Assembly (NCBI RefSeq): GCF_006345805.1
Contig: NC_043001.1
Location: 35,402,001-35,466,000 of the forward strand
Length of the DNA: 64,000 bases
Reading direction: 5' to 3'
From: Octopus sinensis
Taxonomy: Eukaryota
Shown piece after piece: positions 52,835 to 64,000 of the stretch. Position numbers and translations under genes: made by a program. Within the stretch, counting starts at the first letter, position 1; each line of letters opens with the position of its first letter. The notes under the pieces were generated by a model. The model saw nothing but the letters and a program-made list of their open reading frames with translations. It was not told where the DNA came from and searched no databases.

Positions 52835-53050
52835 AAAGCGGCGAACTGGTAGAATCTTTAGCACGCTGGACAAAATACTTCGCAGGATTTCGCCCGGCGC
52901 TACGTTCTGAGTTCAAATTCCGCCGTGGTCGATTTTTCCTTTCATCCTTTCGGGGTCGATAAAGTAATTACCAGTTGATCACTGAGATCGATTTAATCGA
53001 TTAGTTCCCTCCACCAAATTGTTGCCCTTGTGGCAAAAATTTGAAATCAT
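52835..53050 (+). mobile_element. SINE family B, diverged, tail type 2-like
   Basis: Head, GAGTTCAAATTC B-box, core. Confidence 0.8.
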
Positions 53051-53204
53051 TATTTACTGTTGTTGTTCTTCTTCTTCACCTTCTCTTTCACCTCCTTTTC
53101 CGTCTCAGCTCCTCCTTTTCCTTCTTTTTCTTCTTATTCATGTCACCCTTTTTCTTCTTTACTTCTCTATTCCTTTACTTCTTGTTCTCCTATTCTTCTT
53201 GTTT

Positions 53205-53290
53205 CACCAACACCACCACCACCACCACCACCAATACTACTACTACTACTACCACGACTACTACTATTACTACTACTACTACTGCTACTG

Positions 53291-53333
<43 letters not shown>

Positions 53334-53408
53334 CACGACTACTACTATTACTACTACTACTACTGCTACTACTACTACTACGACGACGACGACGACGACT
53401 ACTACTAT

Positions 53409-53462
<54 letters not shown>

Positions 53463-53508
53463 ACTACTACTACTACTACTACTACTTATAATAATAATAA
53501 TAATAACG

Positions 53509-53565
<57 letters not shown>
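53205..53565. repeat. Compound (ACC)/(ACT)/(ACG)/(AAT) microsatellite
   Basis: Successive trinucleotide runs. Confidence 0.92.
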
Positions 53566-54019
53566 TCTTTATTATTTTTTTTTCATCTTTGCTTCCTTAT
53601 TTTCCTTTTTCGTTTCTTTATATTTTTTCTTCATTTTGTTGTTTATGTTCAGTTATTTTTTTCCCCTCTCTCTACCTTTTTTTCCCCCTCTCTCTACCTT
53701 TCCCATCTTCTTCCTCGTCTGCGTATTTTAAGAAAAACTCTCTGTCTCGTGCTTACCCTACCTTCTTTTCCTCTGTTTTTCTTTGCTTCCGACTTCTTGT
53801 TTTTCTTCTTCAGCTCATTCCTTAAGCATTTCCCTTTCAGACTTCTTTCATTTAAAATTCCTTCACAAATTTCACTCACCATTTACTTTTATTCTTTCCT
53901 CCATAAATTCTCTTATTTATTTTCGTATTTTCTACCAATCTTGTAGTCTACCAATTATTATCTACATAATCAATAATCAATTTGTTTTCCTGTTCATTAG
54001 GTCATTATTAGCAAAATTA

Positions 54020-54354
54020 TTACTCTCTCTTTCTTCCTACATGTGATCTCTCTCTCTCTCTCTTTCTTCCTACATGTGCTCTCTCTCTCTTTCTTTTCTT
54101 AGATATGTTCTCTGTCTCTGTTTGTCTGTCTGTCACTATGTCTCTCTCTTCCTACATCTGTTCTCTCACTTCTTACATGTTCTCTGTCTGTCTGTCTGTC
54201 TGTCTCTTTCCCACTCTCTTTCTCTCTTTCTTCCTACATGTGCTCTCTCTCTCTCTCTCTCTTTCTTTTCTTAGATATGTTCTCTGTCTCTGTTTGTCTG
54301 TCTGTCACTATGTCTCTCTCTTCCTACATCTGTTCTCTCACTTCTTACATGTTC

Positions 54355-54407
<53 letters not shown>

Positions 54408-54935
54408 TCTTCCTACATGTGCTCTCTCTCTCTCTCTCTCTCTTTCTTTTTTTAGATATGTTCTCTGTCTCTGTTTGTCTGTCTGTCACTCTGTCTCTCT
54501 CTTCCTACATCGGTTCTCTCACTTCTTACATGTTCTCTTGTCTGTCTGTCTGTCTGTCTGTCTCTTTCCCACTCTCTTTCTCTCTTTTTCATACACACTC
54601 TCTCTCTCTCTCTCTCTATTCCTACGTGTGTTCTCTCTCTTCTTTCATATGTTCTGTCTCTGTCTGTCTTTCTTCCTACATGTGTTGTCCCTCTTCTTAC
54701 ATATGTTCTTTGTTTCTTTTTTGTCTGTCTGTCTGTCTGTCTCGCTCTCTCTTCCTACATGTGTTCTCTCTCTTCTTACATGTGTTCTCTGTCTCTGTTT
54801 GTCTGTCTGTCTGTCTGACAGTCTGTCTGTCTGACAGTCTGTCTGTCTGACAGTCTGTCTGTCTGACAGTCTGTCTGTCTGACAGTCTGTCTGTCTGACA
54901 GTCTGTCTGGCTGACAGTCTGTCTGTCTGACAGTG

Positions 54936-54980
<45 letters not shown>

Positions 54981-55150
54981 CTCTTTCTCTCTCTCTCACA
55001 CACTCTTCCGATATGTGTTCTCTCTCTTCTTACATATGCTCTCTGTCTCTGTCTGTCTCTTTCTCTCCCTCTCTCCCTACATGTGTTTTCTCTCTTCTTA
55101 CATATGTTCTCTATCTTTGTCTGTCTGTCTCTCTCTTTCTCTCTCTCTCT
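54020..55150. repeat. (TC)/(TCTG) composite repeat with a ~165-180-bp higher-order unit (about 3 copies), then a TCTGTCTGACAG array
   Basis: CCTACATGTGCTCTCTC..TTAGATATGTTCTCTGTCTCTG recurs near 54068, 54233 and 54412. Confidence 0.85.
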
Positions 55151-55994
55151 TCCTCTTCTTCTTGTTCCCTTCTTCCTCCTCCACTTCTTCCCCCTCTTCT
55201 GCCTCCTCTTCTTCCTCCTCCACTTCTTCTTCCCCCCCTTCTCATCTTCCCCCTCCCCTTCTTCTTCTTCTTCGTCGTCGTCGTTTTCGCCGACCTTAAC
55301 CTCTTCTCGCTTTATACTTTCTATTCTTATATTATATAGCTTTTCGATTATATGTTTCTGTATTTGTTCGTTTGATTTTGCTGCCTCCGTTTACACCTCT
55401 TTCCAACGCAGGGCAAGTGATTTTCTATGACTTCATTTACTGATAGTACGTCCAGGCTATTTTTGTCCATCTCTGTCATAGACAGAGTGAGAAAGACAGA
55501 GGGAGAAAAATAGAGAGAGAGAGAGAGATACAGAAAAAAATCACGTGAGAGGAGCAAAGATCGTACGGGAGAGATGCAGTATTTATATACGTAAGCGGCC
55601 TCAGAGCTAAGTAACGCGCTATAGAGAAAATTTTGTTTTTAAAAATTATAAAAATGACCCGAGCGTTCTCATTGCAAATTTTGAAGCACTTAACGGTACA
55701 AATTAGCTATAATTTAATGAAATTTTCAGAAGCCATGTTGGCATAGAGTCACATGGAATCACACATAATCTTATACACGCGTGCTAATACTCATGAGAAT
55801 ATATGCACTGATATACATACCGACACACGTACGAGTGAATTCATATATAGCCATATATACAAGCGTAGATGCATACATCATGTGTGTGTAAGAGAGAGAG
55901 TGCGTGTGTGTATGTATGTGTGTGTGTATTTGTGTTTGTGTGTGTGTGTGTGCCTTGTACCAAAATTTGAAACTATTATTATTATTATTATTGA

Positions 55995-56400
55995 GGCGGC
56001 GAGTTGGCAGAAACGTTACCATGCCGGGCGAAATGCGTAGCCGTATTTCGTCTGCCGCTACGTTCTGATTTCAAATTCTGCCGAGGTCGACTTTGCCTTT
56101 CATCCTTTCGGGTCGATTAAATAAGTAGCAATTACGTACTGGGGTCGATATAATCTGTCTGTCCGTTTGCCTGTCCTTGTTTGTCCCCTCTGTGTTTAGC
56201 CCCTTGTGGGATGTAAAGAAATAGGTATTTCGCCCGTTTTTACGTTTTGAGTTCAAATTCTGCCGAGGTCGACTTTGCCTTTCATCCCTTCAAGGTTCAA
56301 AAAATAAGTACCAGTAAAACACTGAGGCCGTTATAATCGATTAGTCCCCTCCCCAATAAATTTCAGGCCTTGTGCCTATAGTAGAAATTATTATTATTAT
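55995..56400 (+). mobile_element. Tandem dimer of SINE family B (tail type 1 unit, then a head-truncated tail type 2 unit)
   Basis: Junction GTAAAGAAATAG|GTATTTCG at 56224/56225. Confidence 0.88.
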
Positions 56401-57182
56401 TATCGCAGCATTATTTCCATTATTCTTCTTATGAACAGATTAATGGCATAGTGAAAGGTGAAGTATTAAAATCTTGAAGTGTAACAGCTATAAATATTGT
56501 AGTGTTAATGGTATAACGCCAACTGTGGTTTGTATCAGTTTATGCATTTGTATGCTGCGGTACAAATATTCAAAAGACCACTATACTTGAAGGTATTTTT
56601 CTACAAGCCTGGAATTTATATCAATATTCTAAGATTTCAATTATATCAATATTGGCTCTTTCAGCAGTATCATTCTTAAAATATAGTGTTCTTGTATTAT
56701 TAGTGGTAGATGCAAACACTGCAAAACTTATGCTTTGACCGTTAATTTCTTATGAGTGACAGAAAAGAATGTGAGAACCTCAACTGAGAGAGCAACATTT
56801 CACCCTGCCTCTCTGAAAAAATATTTTCCCTGTATTGCAAAATGTATAGCAGTTAAGTTATATATCCAGTCATCCACTTCTACATGAAAAATGAGGAGTT
56901 CTCATTATATCCGTAATGTTTAACGCGTGCAATTGTAAGATCTTGTTACAATAAAAAAAAGTCTTACTGTAATTTAAGGTTACAGAATGTCATCAAGAAT
57001 TCAAGTAAGATAAATGAACCAAACTGCAAAATATGAAACCAGACTCCAGAACTCTACAATGGTACAATGGGGTATTTTTTTCACAATATTGCTAAATTTC
57101 CTGGACATAGCAGGAGCAGGCTAATCTCTGATAAGTTACACACTGTATGCTCGAAAAAGAAACAACATATAAGATTGTTATC

Positions 57183-57226
<44 letters not shown>

Positions 57227-57363
57227 ATATTATATATATATATATATATATAGATATATATATAATATATATATACATAAATATATATACATACATATAC
57301 ATACATACATATACATTCATACATATATATATATATATTATATATAGTATGCATATATATATA

Positions 57364-57402
<39 letters not shown>

Positions 57403-57734
57403 TATATATATATATATATGCATATATGTATAAATAATGATTTATATGTGTGTGCGTCTATTTTTTATAACTACATGTATAAATATAGATGTACAAACAC
57501 ATACGTATATATCAATATAGATAGCTAGATTAGTAAGTACACACATACACACATGTATGTATACATATGTGTGTATACATGCAAGCATACATAAATACAT
57601 ACATACCGACAGACAGACACACATACACACATACATACATACATACATACATACATACATACATACATGCATACATACATACATACATACATACATACAT
57701 GCATACATACATACATAAATATATATACATAGCT

Positions 57735-58320
57735 AAGAATGAAACTACCGAGTTGGCAGGAAATTATAGGCCCATTTCTTGCCTAAACGTTGTGTACAAA
57801 CTGTACACAAACTACCTCAACCAATTCACCCAGGATCATTGTGAGTCCAACAACATAGTGAGTGACGAGCAGGCCGATGGGAAAAAAGGCAGTGTGGACA
57901 TGTGCCGAACAACTTTTGATAAACAAGCTGTATAGTGTGAAATGAGAAAAAACATCATAGGCGCCTTGCAAAACTATGGCTTGATTATAGGAAGGAATTT
58001 GACTCAATTCAATTCTCCACTCATAGCTGCTGAAGTATCTACATTCGGCAGAAGTATACGCTACTTTAATTGCTATCATTGAGAGGAGGCTCAAAAAGAC
58101 CCGAGCAATAATTCTTACACTTGAAACCGAGAACCGAAAAATCGACTCCAATGTTACAAATATTTCAAAGGCAATTTTGTTTATTTTGGTATTAAATCCT
58201 TTATCATTCCTGCAGCTGCAACAAAAATCAAATGGCTACATGCTAGGCTCTGTAACTACTAGAGATATTAATGTAATCCATAATTTCTCTGTGGATGACT
58301 TCAAGATTAATGCAAATATG
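57735..58320 (+). mobile_element. Dong/R4-like reverse transcriptase fragment, degenerate
   Basis: GNYRPISCLNVVYKLYT..EQADGKKG..EQLLINK..WLDYRKEFDSI..FILVLNPLSFL..HNFSVDDFKINA: RT motifs across frameshifts. Confidence 0.85.
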
Positions 58321-58324
58321 TTAA

Positions 58325-58756
58325 TGCGCAGGAGTGGTTGTGTGATAAGTAGCTTGTTTACCAACCACATGGTTCCGAGTTCAGTCCCACTGCGTGGCAT
58401 CTTGGGCAAGTGTATTCTACTATAGCCTCGGGTCGACCAAAGCTTTGTGAATGGATTTGGTAGACGGAAATTGAAAGAAGCCCGTCGTATATATGTACAT
58501 ATATATATTATATACATATATATATACATATATATGTGCTTGTATGTTTGTGTGTCTGTGTTTGTCCCATCCAACATCGCTTGACAACCGATGCTGGTGT
58601 ATTTACGTCCCCGTCACTTAGCGGTTCGGCAAAAAAAACCGATAGAATAAGTACTAGGTTTACAAAGAATAAGTCCCGGGGTCGAGTTGCTCGATTAAAG
58701 GCGGTGCTCCAGCATGGCCGCAGTCAAATGACTGAAACAAGTAAAAGAGAAAAAGA
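58325..58756 (+). mobile_element. SINE family A, full length; truncates the RT fragment
   Basis: Head, internal microsatellite, 3' half. Confidence 0.9.
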
Positions 58757-59272
58757 GACAGAGAATGCCAAAAAGAAACAGCTAAAATTAATAACCACAT
58801 TAATCCAATCTGGCCAAAAGAATGGTTCACATTTGATAGTTGAACGTGAAAAATCAGTGTCCCACACCGAAAACCTGTGCTTCGATGGTCTCACTATCTC
58901 TTCTGTCGCATATACGAATGAAACAAGAACTTAAGCATTGATGAGAACATATCATATGAAGTTACAGTGAATAATAGAGTTGACTATGCCAAGCTTAGAA
59001 AATATAGCTGTCAGAACACCCTTCTTATAAAAAGTCAATATTCCACAAGTTTTTGCACAAGACCATAATGCATCGACTTGTCAGGGAATCGAAACTACAA
59101 TCCTACAATCATAAGCGCAACACCTTAACTGCTGAGCCACGCGCCTCCACACATACATCTGTGTATGCATGTATGTATATGTATGCATGTGTGTTTGTGT
59201 GTATGTGCTTCTGTGTTTGTTTGTTTGTGTGTGCGTGTGTCTTTGTGTGTGTATGCATGTACGTATTATGTA

Positions 59273-59492
59273 CGAGGAAATGCTGAAAAGTTCTTGGCTT
59301 TAAGGGTATCGAAAAATACCGGGTTGAAGGTCCAGCCTTCCGAGTTCTTTTACTGGACTTAGAAAACCTGAAGGGCCGCTGCAATATGTATGTAAATCTA
59401 AGTTGGAAATTTGTTGGATAAAATCATAATTATGCGATCTTCCTGTACTTTCTTTTACCCAAAGTCAGTAACATTTCAGCAGCTCTCATATG
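59273..59492 (+). mobile_element. Mariner-derived MITE
   Basis: TA-CGAGGAAATGCTGAAAAGTTCTTGGCTTT and AAAGTCAGTAACATTTCAGCAGCTCTCA-TA form imperfect TIRs; the interior retains a degenerate transposase C-terminal stub. Confidence 0.75.
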
Positions 59493-59750
59493 TACGTATG
59501 TATGTATGTATGTACGTTTATATGCACGTATGTATGTACGTACATATGAATGTATGTTTGTATGTGTGTATGTATATATGCAAGTATGCATGTATGTATG
59601 TAAGTATATATATATATGTATGTATATATGTACGTATGTACGTACATGTGAATGTATGTGTGTATGTATGTATTTATGTATCTATGTATATATGCACGTA
59701 TGTACGTACATATGAATGTATGTGTGTATGTATGTATGTATGTATGTATG

Positions 59751-59781
<31 letters not shown>

Positions 59782-61655
59782 GTATGCGTGCATGTATGTG
59801 TAGAGGCGCGTGATCTTCTACTATTACAAGGCCTATGATCTTCCCAAGTGAACTAGCATAAGTTTGTTCCGTATATGTCATTCGATAACAACTAAGTATA
59901 TTACAGTCCTTCACACAGTAACCGCACCAGACTCTGGAAACTTTACTGACTAGAAATGAAAGATTCCTTACATACAGTTACATAGTATTTTAAGAAAACA
60001 ACGAAAATACGAAATGTAAGAGAATATTTTCATTACAGTGCTTATGTGTAGTTTTTCGTTGAATTTTATGAATATCAACGGTACAGATGTCTTTGTTATT
60101 TTGTACAATGTTGTACAATGTTTGGATGAAAGTTAGAACTAAGACTTCAACATAGCTAACATTGGATTTATTTGATATACAGGCGCGCGGGCGTGAATAT
60201 GGTAAGAAGCTTGCTTCCCATCATCATGGTTCCGGGTTCGGTTCCACTGCATTGTCTCAAATTTAGGCTAAATCAGTATTTCTCAAAGGGGAGGCCTATG
60301 GGACGGTCGGACGAGTTGTTTTCAGAAAATTTGGTTTAAATGTTTCACAACTCAGTACTGTCCATTATATATATATATATGTGTGTGTGTATGTGTGTGT
60401 AGATAGATAGATATATAGATACATAGATACATACATACACACATACATACATACATATATACATAATATATACATAAATACATGTGGACATATCCTCCGC
60501 GCTCGCCTGCACTCACACACACAAACACACACACACACGGTATTCCCAATAAAGTAGCGATGATACGATTTATGATATATAGACAAAAATTTAGTAAAAA
60601 AGACGAAAATTTTTCTCATCCGAACTATAAAAGTTTGTGTTGAATCTCACTGTTTATACGTATGTGTATGTATATATGTGTATGTATGTATGTGTATGTA
60701 TGTGTATGTGTGTGTAAATATGTGCGTATATGAGTACGTGTATGAGTAAATATGTGTGTGTAAGTATGTGCAGTTATTTGTGTGAGTGAGTTTGTGTGTG
60801 TGTGTGTGTGTGTTTATTTATACATGCATACATTCATGTATACACACATACATATGCTTACATGTGTGTGTTTGTACATAATTACATTGCACCAAATATC
60901 TTTCATATTGTCAGAAAGAAGAAAACATGGACGAAAAGGAAGAAAAGAACTGAAAGAAAAATATTAGCCAGCCTGCCAGCCTGTGTGTTGTGGCAGTATT
61001 CATTATTTGAGAATGTAAAGGTTAATGAAACAGAGAAAAAGCAAGGGATTCTAAATGGACGTGTATGTGTCTGTGCGTGTTGTAGGATTTTAACCTCTGT
61101 GGTTTGGGTGTGGAGATATTTCATGGAAAGTTTCAGTAAGAAAGGAAGTAGATAGGAAGTAGAACTCACTGAAAAACAATGATTTAGCAAAACAGAAATG
61201 GCTTGTGATAATAGAAGGAAAATTACCTCAGTGATAATGTACGTTTAGGGAACGAACACAAATATATGTATATTTATTATATGTACGCCTTAAAAATAAA
61301 AATGAAATGTCATAACACTTACTAACACTCCTATACACAAGCTTCTACGTTATAAAAGTTACATACAGACGAGCATAAAAGTTACATACAGACACGTACA
61401 TACATGCGTACACTCAGGCAGCGCGCACATACAAATGTACGCAATGCTAACAAACGTATTTGTGTAAGAATGACGGGCGTATCTATTGGTTCCAACAAGT
61501 CGGCTGTATCCACGCTGGGCACTGCATGACATATATGTATGTGTGTGTGTTGTTTGTGTGTGTGTGTGTATGTGTGTGTAAATGAGTGTGTTTGCGTGTG
61601 TATGTATTCACATATATGTATATATATATATATATACATATTATACATACAATAT

Positions 61656-61693
<38 letters not shown>

Positions 61694-61960
61694 ATATTAT
61701 TTAATATATACACATATACATTATTTCGTATATATATATATGTGTGTGTGTTGTTTGTGTGTGTGTGTGTATGTGTGTGTAAATGAGTGTGTTTGCGTGT
61801 GTATGTATTCACATATATGTATATATATATATATATATAATATATATATATATATTATATATATATATATATACGTCATAAATATAATATATATTATATT
61901 ATTTAATATATACACATATACATTATTTCGTATATATATATATGTGTGTGTGTGTGTATA

Positions 61961-62007
<47 letters not shown>

Positions 62008-62098
62008 ATATATATATGTATATATATATATGTATAATATATATATATATATGTATATATATATATGTATATATATATGTATAAGAAGAAGATATATG

Positions 62099-62173
<75 letters not shown>

Positions 62174-64000
62174 CATGTATATATATATATATATATATGT
62201 ATAAATATATATGTATAAATATATATAATATATACATATATAAATATATATGCATACATAAATATAGATATATATCTTATACATATAATATATGTGTATG
62301 TGTGTGTGTGTGTGTGTGTGCGTGTGTGTGTGTGTGTATGAAAGAGAGAGATATTTTTCACACAGAAGCGCAAGGATGAAAATAGTTAGATTTAGGGAGA
62401 GATAGATGCGTGTCGAAATATAAAAGATATAGATATAGATTTATATCAATATACAGAGACGTAGTGCATTGGTCTAGTTATGTGCTTAATTAGTCAGAAT
62501 TAGAAAAGCTGTTCATTTGACCTTTTTAGTTCTGTCTAGACTGGTGAGATGGTTGGCGTTGATGCACAGCAAGAACCTTTCATAGACAACATCAGTGTGA
62601 AGGAAGCATTGATGAGAGGAATTTCCAGGAATTTTGCCACTGAGTATGGAATGATTGGACGCATCGCGTGTGTACGTTGAAGAGAGCGAAATTATGGAGA
62701 TGATCATGGCGGCTTCGAAGACACTGACAACGAAGTAAACGACGATGACGACGACGAGGACGGCGAAGACGTTGGTGACACTTGAATGCGCATGCGCATG
62801 TATGTAAGACTATGTATATATTTGCGTACATCTATATATATTTTCGTGTGTATATATATTCCTCAATTAGTGTTAGTACTCGATTCCCCCAACCATTCTT
62901 TATCGAACAAACTCACTCCAGCTGTGATTATTATATTTATATCTTTTTAAAAATTTTTTCTTCCGATATTTTGCATTTTGTACAACAGGAAGTAATATGT
63001 CGCTTTTAAGACGATTGGGGTTTTTATACAAAGTATATTTACATTTATTTTCCGTAATCCGTACAACTACATACATTCACAAATGAGCTATAGCGTGCAG
63101 GAGAAAGGATGCGTCACTATAAGCTTATGATGAGTATCGAAGTCGACAGATGTACAAACACGTGTCTTGGACTGAATTAAATGGAACCTACGGATGTGCA
63201 ATACCGAGTAGTACTTAGCACAAAGTCGTGAAGACAGATATGAAGCTATTGAACTTGGTTAATGAAATGATAAAGTGCTCTGTTTATCATGGATCTGCAC
63301 ATTGAAAGTTAATCTACAGAGTACAGGCCAATGCAAGAGGAATAATCGCTCTTACAATAAACCTCCTTTCCGCAAGCTACTGATGTTATGAAAGGGAGGA
63401 GTCGATGCAGGGTCACACCACTGTCTTCGCAGACCCCGGAAGAGACAGGAATGATTTTGCCCTATCTATTACTAGTTCCACCGATCCATCACTCTGGTTC
63501 GTATGCTATATTATCGAACCTGAAAAGACGAATAAGGACATTGATCTTGGTGGGTTTTGAACTCAGAATGCGAAAAAGGCAGAACAAATACAAGTCATGT
63601 TGACCGACACTAGTGATTAGGCCACGACGTGTAATCAAGTTATTCAGTTCATGAGTACACACACACACACACACACACACATTCATGTATTGTTTGATTC
63701 TTTTACTTGTTTCCTTTATTGGATTGCAGCCTTGTTGGGACAGGTTCTTTATGGTTTCTATAACTCATGTTCATCCTGTTACTTAATTTTAAAAATTCTG
63801 GTGAATATCTTATCGTTTTCCATTTGTCGAGTCGCCAGAGTAAAAGACATAAGCTTCTTTTAAACTGTTTTAAGGTGGACATATGTATGTGTGTGTGTAG
63901 GTTTGTTGATGCAAACAAAAAATTAACTGAAAATATGAGTATATGTATATTTTTTCATTGACATTTAACAAAAGTAATAGGGTGGTTGAAGGTCCAAGAG

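Noticed and set aside
53019-53946. Long ORFs of 268 and 301 aa (and similar Y/I/T/V/H-rich ORFs throughout the track)
   Set aside because: They are translations of di-, tri- and tetranucleotide repeats that lack stops by composition; they have no domain content and overlap in several frames.
59850-59995. Possible L2/CR1 ORF2 C-terminal remnant (SNRTRLWKL..YFKK)
   Set aside because: The similarity is too weak and interrupted to support without a profile search.

Overview
AT-rich, microsatellite-saturated animal DNA; the SINE families and repeat landscape point to an octopus genome (inference). It contains one 100-N scaffold gap and no protein-coding gene I can support; nearly all ORFs in the track are translated microsatellites. 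The window is mostly mobile-element debris: three tRNA-headed SINE families (called A, B and C here), degenerate Penelope GIY-YIG, Dong/R4, Tx1/L1-like, CR1/Jockey-like and Tc1/mariner coding remnants, two non-autonomous Helitrons, mariner MITEs and two large minisatellites (90 bp and 32 bp units). The most interesting signal is a set of minimal hammerhead-ribozyme folds in Penelope-type tails. These include three head-to-head palindromes, variant catalytic cores (A3:U8, G3:C8, A6U, U4C) and a tRNA-headed SINE-like element whose tail carries a canonical hammerhead, a candidate Penelope-mobilised SINE. A second theme is a Tx1-like LINE that abuts (TATC)n tracts and shares its 3' tail with SINE family B. 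All folds and alignments were done by eye; no database searches were run.
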